A model generated the notes under the pieces. The model did not search any database and was not told where the DNA came from. It saw only the letters and a program-made list of their open reading frames with translations. The translations under genes were made by a program, and so were the position numbers. Of a stretch of 64,000 nucleotides of DNA, positions 19,953 to 34,509 are shown piece after piece. The stretch comes from Chrysomallon squamiferum (lineage: Eukaryota > Animalia > Mollusca), in contig CM022671.1 of the NCBI GenBank assembly GCA_012295275.1, forward strand, positions 25,544,001 to 25,608,000, written 5' to 3'. Numbering within the stretch: position 1 is the first letter of the stretch; every line of letters starts with the position of its first letter.

Positions 19953-22197
19953 TTTATCTCGTAACGTTGTTGTGAGACTTCATTCTGCAAAGAACGAAAA
20001 ACCTAGAGTGAACATCAACAGCTTATCATAGCTTTTATTTCCGCTTTTTTATTTTCCCATTTAGTTCCAGATTTTTTTTCTCATTTTTTTTTTTTTTTTA
20101 AGGCTTGTCGTTTATTTAGTTACAGCTGGTATTTTAAAAGGTGCAGTCTCACAAACTGATTTACGATAACGACGTTAAACAGTCGACGAAAGACGAAAGA
20201 CTTCATGCTAAGAGAAACGATTTTTAAATTTATATTTTTTTATATTTTACTTTAGAGTGTTACCCAAAATGTTTCGAAGATATTCAAAATCTAACGATAC
20301 TTAACGCCAACACACTATATACATACATCCATAAATCGTTATGAAAAGTCACAGGGTCGGATTGTTCCTTTATGTAGTGTTGTCAGTGGGCGAGTACACC
20401 CCACCGAGAAGCTGTACAATGCACCCATCACGACTAGACACTGCGACAAAAAACACTCGTCTAAAGCAGCAGTTTTATCACGTACGCTTGTATGCCGGTG
20501 TATTATTATCATATCAACTTCATCATTACGGCGAACACTGCCTTCCGAACACATCTTACGTAGGTAAATAGTTACAAAAATGTGGGTTATTTAAACCTCA
20601 TTAGAAACTACATGTATTAACAAATACGTTTTAACATCTACCTAATCATTATTGTTTTTATCGTAGAATACTAATTAAGGGTTTTATTCCAGTAGCATCA
20701 AAATATTTTTATTCTGTCGTTTTCAATTAAAAAAAAAAAAATAATAATAATAAAAATTAAAATTAAAAAAAATATATATAGCAAAATAGGTATAACAACA
20801 TTATAGTGAATAAAATTTAAAGCCATATGAATCAGCTCTTACCAAATAAAATCGTGCTCTTGATTATGACACGAAATAAACTCCAAACTGTTTGGACGTC
20901 TAACAGCTTTTTTTTTCTGCAGGTTTATCCCATATTATAAGCTAATTTAAATTTAAATTATCCATAAATCACTTATGATAAGGTATTTATCATTAAACAA
21001 AATATTTATCCACACTTGCGATGCATCTTTTCCACGATGAAAAAGACAGAACACGTGTTTATAATAACTTCTTATTTCACTGACATTTTTTATTATAATT
21101 CTTCTTTTTTTTTTTTTTTTTTTTTTTTATATCCTCTTATGAAAAGCATTCCAATGCAGGAATAAACAGTTTCCAGGTAATGTACATGAAAAAGGTGTCA
21201 AGTTTAATACAAAAAGTTTTTTTTTTAAAAACACATCGCTTTTTGATTCTACATTTAGATTGTTCAGTAACAGATTTGTAAAGTGTTGTATCATTATTAA
21301 TCTAATATGTCAACGAGTTCTTAATGTTATAAATAGATCTTCACAAGTGTTATTTCTATATATAATGCATAGGAAATCTGTGCCACCTACTTTTTACACA
21401 GCCTTTCTCCATATATGACAATGAATTAATGTAAGTTTAATTTATAGCCTTTGTGTGTTACAAACGATAAACACTTTTTTTTTTTTTTTTTTGTCTGTCC
21501 ATTTGTCTTTATTTGGATATATCTATCAATCTATCTATCTGTATACCTATATACCTGTATGTATGTGTGCGTGTATGTATATAAATATATATATATATAT
21601 ATGTGTGTGTGTATGTGTGTGTGTGTGTCTATGTATGTGTGTGTGTGTCTGAGTGCGCACGCGCATGTGTGTGTTTGAATGTATTTATACATTTCTCTCT
21701 TTATAAATATCTGTGTTTCTGTCTTCTTCAAACACTTACATTTTTGCCAGTCTTTTAAATGTGAATATTTCCAAAAATGTATCCAACGCTGAAGTTCAGC
21801 ACAGACTTAGTGCAGTGCGCGGTATTGAAGTGTGCGATTTTCAGAATCAGTATTGAAGTTAAACAAGGTGTGGTTTGTATCTACCAGATGAACTCTGTTA
21901 ACCGTTTTTTAAAAACTTCTAGCCTGCGAGCAGAAAATACATTATTATGCGCAACAGCAAATTTGAATAATCAAAGAAAGAAAAATGTATTTTTGAATAC
22001 AACATGCACATTATTTATAAGACATGTTTTAAGAGACTAGAGCAAAAAAACAAAAAAAAAAAAAAAAGTAGAAAAAAAGCGTAATGTTAAAAATACAACA
22101 GCATGTGCATGTAAACCGCTTTAAAAGATAATGAATAACAATAGAAACTATTATATCTGAATCTGTCACTGCAAACTGCTTATATACACACACATAG

Positions 22198-22296
<99 letters not shown>

Positions 22297-23673
22297 AGTC
22301 TGTATATAAATATATATAAATATTCAATGATTCACGAGTGAACAATGATTTATAAAAAAAAAAAAGTATCCATTATGAATATATTTAAAACATCCTATAA
22401 ACCAGATATATATTTTTTGACAATTAATTGAGATCACATTTATGTAAATGTAACATTTGATCCTGTTCATTATAATTATTTTTAAAAATTAATAATTATG
22501 GACCAGTAGTAAAGTTTTCATGAAAAACAAAAGGCTCTGTGAGTTCTACTCAATGAATACTAACTGTGTGAGAGACGTACCTGTCAATACCTATATAGAC
22601 ACAGACTGGAAACACTGTTAAATCATGCACACCATACATGTAGACCTTTTGTACCTGTATCGCGGACTAATATGTTGTATTTTGACAGGTTTATTTCATA
22701 AACAAAAAATAGTTATCTGCATATATTTGCCGAAAACATACTAATCGATCATTTTTAGCACCATGTAAGAATTAAATCTAATAATAAAAATCACTTTATA
22801 TTCGCAAAAAAAAAAAAAAAAAAAAAATTAAAAACGCAGTACAAATAAATATCAAATAAATCGATTGATTAATGACTATTCTAAAATAACTTTCTGTGGC
22901 TAGCTTTTAATGAATTAATGCATTTCACTTTTTAAACATTGTTTCGTTTATATTAGATTTCCGTAAATATTTTTCCATTATTAGCTATTTTATACTCGTG
23001 TTTGTTTGTTTGTCCCCAGACGTATGCCCAAGACAGACGCTTTTAACAGAAGTTTATTATTAATTGCTCGTTAAAGTCTTTTCCCATTCCAACCAACAAC
23101 AAGAACAAGACTATTATCACGTGTAATTACCTAAAACATTATGTTTGGTACATTCTCAATCATTTTCTTATCAGGCCAAAGTAATTCAAATATTTTGAAA
23201 TTACGATCGGATGCATGGACGGAATTTTTTTTCCTTTCCATATACAAATCCTTCAAAGCACATTAAGCACACGAGAGAGGAGGCCAGGCTTGTTTGCAGA
23301 CACATTTGTGTTATAAACCCCGTAAATACATTCAGACTCAACACGCCTGTTGTTCGACTAATCAGGATTAGTCTTAGAAATCTACACACTGACTGATATA
23401 AAGGAAAATTAGTTTATATTGACGGAAAATGCTAACACCCGAAAACCCATCACGCACATACAGTATTAATCTGAGTGAGAATGAAAAATAAAAAAATACC
23501 CAGAAAATCCAATTTCATTTTTTTAATCACATTTTATATTGGACACTCATTGTTATATTTATTTCTCACTCTGCCATGATGGTATTTCTTTATGAATGCA
23601 CACCAAATACATTGTTCAGCATCCCTGTACTACTTCCTCTGTACATTCTTTATACTGTATAGTTAATCTTCTA

Positions 23674-23980
23674 CTTTAAAATAACAGAATACTGCTGATT
23701 TACAAAATCTGAACTGTAGTGCTTTAAAGCCACTGAAAAATGGTGCTTTAAAATAACTGACCAACAGTGCTTTGAAATAAATTAACGGTAATGTTTTAAA
23801 ATGACAACGAGGCTTTGAAAAAACCCGAATAGTAGTGATATAAAATAATTGAACTGTTGTACTTTCGTCAGTCAGTGATATCTTAAAATAATCACATAGC
23901 GGAACTTTGACGTAATTGAACAGTGATACTTTTAAACAACCAATCCGTGGTAATTTAAAACAACTGAAGTTAACAGAATG
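23674..23980. repeat. Highly degenerate ~24-bp minisatellite, ~13 units
   Basis: A recurring ctttaaaataa-like anchor every ~24 bp, for example ctttaaagccactgaaaaatggtg / ctttaaaataactgaccaacagtg / ctttgaaataaattaacggtaatg. Confidence 0.65.
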
Positions 23981-25480
23981 TTGATATTTTAAAATAACCA
24001 AATATATTATTTTAATGTTTTGGAATTTACAAATGTTGCTTTTTCTCTCTTCAGTATGATTCAAATTATTATTTCAAATTTCTCTGCAGTTAAAGAAGAA
24101 GAAAAAAGCTGTCCAACAGTATCCAGTTTATACTTTATCAAGATAAGTGTCTCTCTAACCGTCTGAACAGTTTAAAAATATATATTTACGAAAAGCAAGA
24201 TGATCTGAAGAGGAAAAAAAGTAATAAATAACAATAATAATCTATAGAATGTAAAATGAGAAGAAGAAGGTTCTAGAGAGTATCAAAGAAACTGCTTTTT
24301 GACACATAAAAGATTCTAGATATAAACGATTGAGGCGTGGTTCATCTTTCGTGAACTCTCGAGTTACATACTGTGTAAATCTGAACATTACAAGTGTGAG
24401 TATGTAACCTTTGTTCAAGAAGACAGTTCACTGGACGGTTTATGTTTGTAATATGATGATAATTACTACTAACGTCAAGGACCGACCGACCTTGGTTTGT
24501 CTTTCTTTGACCTGAATCCTCGGTGTTGAATCTCAGTAACATATTATTTACCAAAACTGTTTACGCCTGTCGTGCTACCTGTAAATCAGAATAAATAAAA
24601 TAGAAAAATAATCTTCTGTTCTTTTCCTTTTCTTTTAATAATCGTATTTGAGTATTAAGACAACAATTCATTATTTTCTTCTTCTTTTTTTGTTTTTCTT
24701 AACAAAACATTACATCCATGTCTAATCGAAATGTTTATAGTTTCTTGTTTAAGCAAATAAAACCAATGAAGCAAATGAAACAAATGGATGAATTTCTCGC
24801 TATACGGTTCGATATCTCTCTTTACTGCTCATTGTTGAAAATTACCAGCCAATGAGTTTTGTAAAAAGAGTAAAATTAAAAAAAAGAAAAAAAAGAAAAA
24901 AGAAAAGAAAAGGTTTATGTCTTAGCGTATCATGTTTGATTTATTAGTCTCTTCAAAAGGGTTTATGTAGTTTCTTTTTTCGAGAACATAAATATAACTT
25001 GATATCCCATACTAAAGATTAATTACGTTGTTTCTGTGGAACATTTATTATCGTTTGCATTAAGTGATATATGTTCTAAGTGTGTGATGTTTATTATCGT
25101 TTTGTTAGGTACGGAATTTTGTTATTTTACTCATAAATGTTATGTATTACGTAGACACTGTACGTGTCTACCACACATATTGTCATGTGTACGTTATATA
25201 CGCATGGTCGTGGATATTTACTATCATGAATGTTTTGTTGGAATATTTAATAGCTTACCTCCTACTGTCAATGTGTAATAAGGGTCCACATGTGAAATAA
25301 AATAAATCAGCTTTATTATAATATAATAATCACTAACTTTCCTAGAAAGCGCACTTGAATAATAATGTTAAGTAAAAAATAATAATAATAAATAACAATA
25401 ATAATAATAGCATGTTGCTCTGTTATTCTTCTTGCTGCCGCTGTTGTTGTCGCTACTAGAATATTAATTGATATTATTAC

Positions 25481-25517
<37 letters not shown>

Positions 25518-26849
25518 TATTTATTGATATTTTATGTTACTGTTGTTGTTACTGTAACGGTTCATTTTGAAAATTAGAATAATCAATGTAATACTAATAT
25601 GAGAACAGTTTTGCATTATTTACTTGTATATTATGGCATAACCACTAACACTGTTAGTTGTTGTTTTTAAATGTCCAGTGTGTTTGTTAACAGAAACTGT
25701 CAAACAGGTTTTGTGTTCATATGCATTGCCCAGAAGAGGTTTGACACGTTTGTGGTAAGTGAAAGCGATTTGAATAGTTCGAATATCTGGCATACATTAG
25801 CGTTTTACATGCAGATATTTTCAGTGTATGTATGCATAATATGTAAATTTATATTGTAAATTATATGGCGATGCTTTGAAGGTAGTGAGTTCATTCATCG
25901 AAACGCGTCTAATTGTAGCTTTAACTCTTGTCATTTTGATATTTATTAGTAGCAAATTCAGTAAACGTAACTGTGCACATGTACATCAAATTCTGCTTCC
26001 ATGGACCGTTTAGAACTTTGATTTATTGACCAGTTCCGTCACAGGACGCGACACTTGTATGATTGACTGGACAATCACAAGAACAGCATGCTACATAACG
26101 GCTTTTATCGACCATCATTGTAAAGTGACGGTCATAAATCCGTGATACATGAGGCAGTTTGCGTGCACAAAGGCTAAGAAAAACAAAAGGATATTGCCTC
26201 CTCAGTTTTTGCTTCCAAGGATAAAGATATCCTGTCGATTTTTGTTTTGTCAAGATTTTACAGTCAACGAGAATAAGTTTCTAAAACAAGTAAATAGTGC
26301 AAATTCATTTAGTATCCCACAAATTGGCGTATTTTTCCTTTCTTTTGTATCTGTAGCTTTTGTTTTGCGATGTTTGACTTTAAAAAATATAAATCTTTTT
26401 CTTTTTCTTTTTTTCATTTTATTTTCATTATTAATTCAAAACATCAATTATTACTTTGGTCATAATCATACGGTATATATGTTCTAATTACAGTGGTTTC
26501 ATTGATTATTATGCCATTCTATTCTCTATTTTCTTTTTTTTCTTTTTTTCTTACCGACACCATTGGCGTGTAAGCGCAATATTTTTCATTCGTGATGATA
26601 AAACATGCTCTGAAAATAATTATGCCGTTCTTGTTCGAAACTGGCAATTCACATACTAATGTAAATGCATTATTGATGACCATAACATCGTTCCACAAGA
26701 GCTCATTATTCAGAATTCCCACATCGGGAATAACTCATGAAACAGAATCTTAAAACGCCATGTTTTTAATTGTGTAATTCTTTTCATTCTTTTTTTTTAA
26801 CCAATATTACGGCTCACAATTTAAGAATTCATTTCTTTTAAAAAAAAAA

Positions 26850-26880
<31 letters not shown>

Positions 26881-27379
26881 AATAATAATAATAAAAAGTA
26901 AATAATTCGTTACATAGAATCTTCACAGGACGCTGAGAAAGCAGCACGTTAATAATTTTTTAAAATACTGAAGTTTAGAATTATATCGAATTATATAAAT
27001 CATTACTAAGCAGCAGTAGAAAAAATCTATATATTTATAAATCGTTTTGTGTCACGTAATCTGTTTGGGATCTTCAGCATTAAGCCATAAATTTATTACT
27101 ATGATAATAGATGCATACTTTTGAAAATAATCATTGTTTTTACGACCTATATCTAAGTCGTATATAGCCTAGAAATATTTTATATTTTACGCTAATCGAA
27201 TAAAAGTAACAGCAGGTATTATTGTAATTTACGATCCTATCTCACATTTACTTTAAATGTTTAAATCGCAGTCATTTATATCCAAATTACCAAATGTGCT
27301 TAGAGCAATATGAAAATGGACTGAATATCTGACATTAATTCAACAGGAAAATGTATTTTATTTAGGGAAGACCGAGCAG

Positions 27380-27645
27380 AGTGGGACATTATCACGATCA
27401 TATATAATAAAAGGATTAAGGTGGTGGTGAACATGAGGTGATGTGCCAGATGTTTTGAACAGCTAAAGTGGCATGAACATGAAGATGTATCTCTAGTTAA
27501 TGCTGAAGATATCCTGGTGAAATTGCCCACACGCAATACTGTCGGTGTTACAGCAAAGCCTAAAATACGTTTAGACTTGGTCATCCATCAAAAATTCTAT
27601 TTATAGTCATTTGAATTTGTTCCCGGCATCGTCGTAAAGGGTTAT
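27380..27645 (+). mobile_element. Possible degenerate DNA-transposon 3' fragment
   Basis: Interrupted frame ...LKWHEHEDVSLVNAEDILVKLPTRNTVGVTAK resembles, from memory, C-terminal domains of transposon-derived ORFs. It is followed by AAAGGG|TTAT, similar to a piggyBac-type terminus. No matching left end found. Confidence 0.3.
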
Positions 27646-29549
27646 GCAGGGTCAAGTATGCGGTGCATGTGTTTTAAAACAAATAATAGTGAAAAAAAAG
27701 ATAATAAGAAGTTAGTTTGTTTTTCATTTGCTCTTTTCAGATTGTTACAGTTTAATAAATACATTTGAGTTCACTGGCTACTTTATTGTGTTTATTCTTG
27801 ACAAATCTGTTGTGTTCTTAACATAAAGTTGTTAAATCTCTTAATCCGTATGCTAATTCCGACGAAGACGCCGCAGTTTGGAAACACTAATTCCTAATTA
27901 CATTCGTAGAGTGAAGCTTTCAGCAAGTTCACAAGGATTTTTTAAATAATGAGTATAACATTACCTCGATGGTTCTTTCAGTGCTCAGAAAGGTACGATA
28001 GAGTAGTATATAAAACAATATAAAAAAATTAGACTGAAAATCATGCAGTAGTTTCTAGAGAAGTTTGCTTCTAAATACATATGTCTAATAATTTATTTAA
28101 TATTTACCCTCACATAATCATTATTTTCACATACCTTAAATGACCCTGAGATATTGTCATTTTTAAAAAAAATCTCCCACCATGGTTGTACTTTGGTTGT
28201 GTAATTGTATGTCTGTCTGTGTAAATCAGAGTAAGAACAAATGGTCGTATTAAGAGGGGTGGGGTATGAAAGTCTGTAAGTGTATATCATTATTAATTTT
28301 GAACTAGATTATTAAAAATTATCTTTTGTTTTCGAACATAGAAAAAAAAAAGACACTTTTCCAGTCTTGATAGCATATACCAATTTTAACAAATTTACAG
28401 ATATGACTATTCTTAATAGAAATTGAAATAACATAAATAAATAAATAGTAGTGATAAAATAATAATAATAATAATAATAAAATAAAATAAAATAAATAAA
28501 TGTGTTTCCAAAATGATGATAAACTGACATATAGCCCTAGGTCGGTTTAAGTAGTCGTATACTTGTTAAAATATGTCTAAAACACTTCACGGGACATGTG
28601 CCACTGAGTAAATCAATTTACCTCGGTTCACAATAGAACAGCTTCAATGACAGGCTTTAAGTGCTATATTCACAACAGTTTAGCGATATTTGACCTTGTA
28701 AAATGCATATATGTAAATATTCATGAAATTAATGCTTTAATGCATCGACTTTCTGCCACGATGTTTTTACTGTTGTTTAATTTGGTTTTATCGTTGTTAT
28801 TGTTTAAAATTTCAGCCGACTTCAGTAGATGAAGCGGAAGAATTAGAGAAAGATCTAGAAAAGTATGGCTCTAATTCGTTGCTTGTATGGTCTTCAAAGT
28901 TATGTCATATACAGTTAAATAACTGGAACAGATTCGTATTTGTTTCACAACAGTTTACATATCTCGATATTAAAAAAAAAAAGTACAGTGAGATTAATTA
29001 GACATGAAACTAATGTAAACCATAAAAAGGCGATATATTCTGTTTTCTGTGCTTATAAAGAAAAACAAATCGCTAAAAATATATTTCTGTGTAAATGTTA
29101 TGATTGTGATGTTAAAAAAAGTTAATGAATAAGTTGATTGTTTCCAATAATTATTAAAATAAATAAATAAATAAATAAATAATAAAACAACCTTATTCAG
29201 ACTAAACTGTAAACGTTTACTAAGTTCATTACTAGTGTTTACAAAATTGAACATATTCGCACTGTTGAAATTAGTTATCTAGAGACATAAAGATGTTTTC
29301 TTACTGCAAAAAAAAAAAAAAATGAAGAAAGATAAAGTCGTACTGGTTCATTTCTTCACATAGATGAAGCTTATTATACAAAATAATAATGAAGATTATA
29401 AAATTGCATCTTTTTATTACCGTTTATAATAACTGGTTATGCTAATAGTCGATATTAATGTTTAAAAAAAAAAGAAAATGCATATACTGAAACATATATG
29501 ATATGCCGTTTAGTGTTAATTAATTAAATATTCTTTGAACTTACCTACC

Positions 29550-29850
29550 AGCTGAGCAAAGTCTCGGTTTCTGTCTCTGGAAGCAGACAGATTTTATATG
29601 AACAGTTAAAGAGGAGAAATGACGAGAAAAACAAGTCCTGACGTTTTTAAATCACGTTTGCTGTGCAAACTGTCAATCACTGCAATAACGACCAGCCAGA
29701 TTCCAGAAGCGATGATAAACACGCGGCCAGCAGACGATGATAGCGATTCGCGATTTGCGCCGTCTGTCGAGCAGACGTAGAAATTGCACAGCACGATTAG
29801 TGTGATCGCGTCACGGGTTAACTGGTTAAAAACAAATTAAGTGCGCATGA
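29550..29850 (-). promoter_or_regulatory. CpG-rich patch; candidate promoter/first non-coding exon of the GT22 gene
   Basis: Locally GC- and CpG-rich, bounded by a minus-strand donor CTG|GTAGGT at ~29549. The GT22 start-codon exon begins at an acceptor (TTTGCAG| at 19985), so upstream UTR exons are needed; 24578-24372 is another candidate. Linkage is inferred. Confidence 0.35.
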
Positions 29851-30594
29851 AAGTCGGATATGATCAAAATCAAGTTGAAGCTTGATTTATTAAATTAAAC
29901 TCAGCACTGCCTTTTTCAACCGAAAAAGCACAATGTGTTAATAATTAAATTAAATGACATCTTAGATAGATGTGTGTAATAAAAAAACAACTAAAAAACT
30001 AAAAAAACTCAATGTTTAATTGAAGTATATTGAACACGATCAAACATGAATTATTCAAAAGAAAGCTGCAACTTAACGCCCTAAAAGATATTTATATATA
30101 ATATAATTTTAGAAACTGGGCGGTGGTCCAAACATAACAGTTGAATTATTTAACATACACCTACATCAAATAGATTTCTGTTTATTTGTTCAGTGAAATA
30201 AAATAATCATTTACATATTACACATCATCCTAACACCTAACATAATGTCATCATGCCGACTTAAAAATCAGTTACCTTCTTAATGGTATTATTAATAAAT
30301 GATAAAAGTGCCTCTAATTTTTTTTTTCTCTCTTTCGACGTCTTTTCCTTTTTTGTTTGTTTATTTATTTATTTATTTATTTATTTTTATTTTTATTTTT
30401 TTAAATATTTGTCGTTTTAATTTATATATTGCTTTAATAACCTGAATGAAATAATTTGTCTACTCATATTTGTATCCTTTAGTCAAATAACTAAATACCT
30501 TCCAGTTTATGTACCTGTCTATTATTTTTCTGTATTCATACCGCGACATACATATACACGGACCTACATATAGCATTCATACAAACAGAAACGT

Positions 30595-30765
30595 AAATGC
30601 ATACATACAAACAGAATCACACGTGCACAGACATATGCAATCATACATACATACATATATACATACATACATATATAAATACATACGTACATACATAGAT
30701 ACATATATACATACATACATACATACGTACGTACGTACGTACGTACATACATACATACATACATA
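30595..30765. repeat. (CATA)n/(CGTA)n tetranucleotide microsatellite
   Basis: Direct reading. Confidence 0.9.
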
Positions 30766-31030
30766 GGCGTAATAAAAAAAAAAATATATCAATATTACAT
30801 ATTATTCATGTGTAAAAATAAATACTAGCATCAATTTTTTTTTTATTAATTTTTCTTTTTGAAAGAGATAAAAAAAAAATATATATATATATTTTTGGGA
30901 CTGTTTGATTTCATATTGATGAAGATTTCTCTTCAGAAGGCCGGTACTATACAACTCTAGGTCCTTTTCCGAGAAGTTTTCTGTTCACAACACTCAGTCT
31001 GTATATCATTCTGCGTATAATGTCTTAGAC

Positions 31031-31290
31031 CAGTGATTCCCAATGTGAGGCGCAGGCCCCACGGTGGGAGGGCCATTTGAAAGTGATATAATAAAACCAA
31101 CATTACAGTCACACTTCGTCCACACGTTATCGTCTATCTGGCAGCACCTAAGAGCAGTTCGTTTAATTAAAGGATTTCTACTTTAAATTACACTTTTATA
31201 AAACTCAGTTTATTTTTATATCAAAGGGGGACATAAACATTTTTTAGATGCTGAGATTGGGCATGGAGCAAAAAAAGATGGGAACCACTG
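31031..31290. mobile_element. Non-autonomous hAT (Charlie-like) MITE, 260 bp
   Basis: Terminal inverted repeats CAGTGATTCCCA / TGGGAACCACTG. Flanked by an 8-bp target-site duplication TCTTAGAC (31023-31030) / TCTTAGTC (31291-31298), a 7/8 match. Confidence 0.8.
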
Positions 31291-31831
31291 TCTTAGTCTG
31301 TGTTTACAGAAATAGCTAAAATGAATCAGTAAATAAATAAATAAACGAAATGTTTGATTTTAAGATTAATTTAACTTTACAATAATTTTCTTTCGTGCTC
31401 ATTAAGTCCAGATGTCATAATATTACATCCAGAACCTTTAAAACCGATTTTGCTGAATCTTCATTTCATTTCTTCTTCTTCTTCTTCTTCTTCTTTTTAT
31501 TGTATATTTATCATTTGGTAAATATACTTTAACGTAGAAAAGGTTGAATCTACGTGTCAAAGTGTAGAGGGCCAGTAAGTAAAGTTAAAACGTTAATGAT
31601 ATATATTACTATCTTTGTGTATCTGTAGACGTCTTGCCTTCTCTTTTCCTTCATTCAGAGCAGCTGGTTTTTTTCAATACGTACGTATCCATCAATCAAA
31701 AATTTTAATAATATATTCTTCAGGTGGTATCCAACCACAGCGAAATGATCGAATTACTTAACAAGAGCCACAGAATATGTATAAAAATATACATGTACAG
31801 AAATCGAAGAAAACAAAAACAAAACAACAAC

Positions 31832-31871
<40 letters not shown>

Positions 31872-34473
31872 GTTTCAGGATTCTGCAGTAGTAAAAAAGA
31901 CTTTTCTCACGTGCTTAGAAGAATATAGCTTTTATTCTATCGGGTGAGCATGTTCAAATAAACTGTTATTCTTAAGAAACATTTTCAAATATTTTAAAGT
32001 GTCAAACACTGATACTGCATTTCATGATATTCTGTGCAAGTACTATATTTCAGAAGCATAAACAAAAAATATATAGATGAATAATGGATAAACTAAACCA
32101 ATCACTGGGACGTAAGGTAAACCGAGGCCTCACAGTTTTATTTTAATAAAACATTAACATATTTCTGTGTTACTGCTATTGTCGTTGTCGTTGCTGAAGG
32201 AATTAATACGTTTTGTTCTTTGCCAGAAGCCCAGGATTTTTATTTTATTATTTTTTATTTTTTTTATTTTTTATTCTTCAGCAATGTTATTTAGTTTACT
32301 ATTTTTGGTTTGTTTGATAATGTGTCGTTGATTTTTTGTAATGAATGTTATGATGGTTCGATTAAATAGTGAGATCACTGCAACTTTAATTTGCCTTATT
32401 TTCGGGATAAAATTAATGATAGTCAGAATACTTCCAAGTCATTATTTTACTGTTTTTGCGCTTAAGAAGAAACTTTAGAGCAAATAGGTCCATCACGAAC
32501 ATAATGACGTTATGACTATAGAAACGTTGAGTTTATACTAAATTTGTTTATTTTTTTTTTTTTATAGTATATACGTTGTTTTTAAGAGAATAAAGCGGAC
32601 GCAAACGAAAAAATAATATCTATCAGTTATTTGGTTTAAATGAAATTATTTAAGATTTATCTGAAATAACAATTTATATATATATATATATATATGTATA
32701 AACACACACACACACACACATAAACACTTATTAAAGCTTAAATACAAAAACAGATTTTTTTATTGCTAATATGTATATATATTCAAAATAAGAGGCATAA
32801 TAATTAAATATAATAAATAAAATATAATACATCCGTTAACTTTACAATTATATACTTGTAATATTCTTACAAGTTTAATATATATCCCCCTCGAACATTT
32901 CATTTCGTTAATGATTTGTTTTTCAAACGTTATGGCCAACCTTATTTTTCAGAAAACGTGTTTGTGTTTCTATTTTGAGGGGTAAATAAAAAATACTATT
33001 CATAGAAAGAGATTCAGACACACGCACGCACAGAGAAAGAGAAAAAGAAATACAATGATATTTATAGCAATATTCACAGCAGTTAATACCATTTAAAAAA
33101 AAATATATTTAGATTCCATTTGGCTTTGATGGGTATCAGAAAGACTTGTGTTGAACTTTAAAAATAAAGTACAACTTCCACCAAACGTTTAATGTTTAAT
33201 CTTTTCCTTTTATTTTTTTTTTTTTTTTCTTTTACCGTACAGCATTGAATGTGTTCATAGTCTTTCTTTTCTTTTCTTCCTTTTCGTTTCCTTTTTTTTT
33301 TTTTGTTTTTCAGGTATACAAGTCTGACAAAAAGGAAATTTATACCCAAGTATGTTTGCTCTTTCTGTGTCAATAGAAATTTTCTTCACACTCTACAAAC
33401 GGCATGAATCAAAACATTAATAATATAGCACTATTGTCGTATGTGATCATAAACTTATTACTGTGCGGAAATCAAACTAAGATTCAAACCATTTAAACCT
33501 ACATTTAGAACTTTTTAAAAATGTATTCGATTTTATTTATTTAAGAAAATGTACTCGTATTTTACCTATAGAAAAAAACTAACAATATTGACAGTTCGTG
33601 TTCTTCATTACTCTGAATATTTATTTTATGTTTTTGTTGTGTATTTAGTGTAATTCAGTAACTGTTTGCTCAAAGGTGATTACACTAATGAAACGATAAG
33701 AGTATGAAAACAAGCAAAAATACCCCAAGGTAAAATATATAATAAGTGATGGGCTGCGATACCTTTTTCTAATAAGCGTGGAACACACATTTAAAAACCC
33801 AGTAAACCTTGCACGTTCCAAATTTTTTTCTTTTTTAATTTTTTTTTTTTTTTTAATTTGCCTATAGCATATTTTACACAAAACAGTGAGCAACTGGCAG
33901 AGAATAATTATGCCTTTAGCCAACAGCAAAGTTTTTGGAATATGTGGTTGGGTTCTCCTTTTAATTATCTCAGTATAACTGCTCCTGTGGCATTTTACAT
34001 GTAATTCTTTAGACATGTCTGATAATAAACTCTCCTGTCTCTAAACTGGTTACTGACACAGCACCATAAAAACATAAAAATAACTAATATTAAATTATAA
34101 AAACATGCCGATGTTTTAGCAAACAAAATATATTATTTATCTCAACAAAAAATCTCTTTTTTTCTTCCTCTCCATGTTTTACTTAAGAAAACAACATTTT
34201 ATAAAATAAAAACAATCCTGTTATCTGTTTACAGTAAGGAAAGCTTGTGAAAAACATTAAAATATATGAATTAAAAATAAACAAAAGTCAGTATAGAAAT
34301 TTATATTTTATTTTCATCATTACAAAATTATAATGAATATCGAAATCAATACAAAGAGCTAAACCTGTAGCTGTGATTCTCCTTGAGTGAAAAACAGTTA
34401 ATTAAAATTATGCTTCAAAATATTCCATATGATTTAAATTTATTTTGCCGAAAAACTATTTTCTTCAGACAAT

Positions 34474-34509
<36 letters not shown>

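Noticed and set aside
20341-20571. 76-aa plus-strand ORF ending near a donor-like GTAAAT
   Set aside because: No recognisable homology and no partner exons found.
23674-23980. Anchor-plus-variable-middle periodicity resembling a CRISPR array
   Set aside because: The period is only ~24 bp, the anchors are not identical, there are no cas genes, and the context is eukaryotic.
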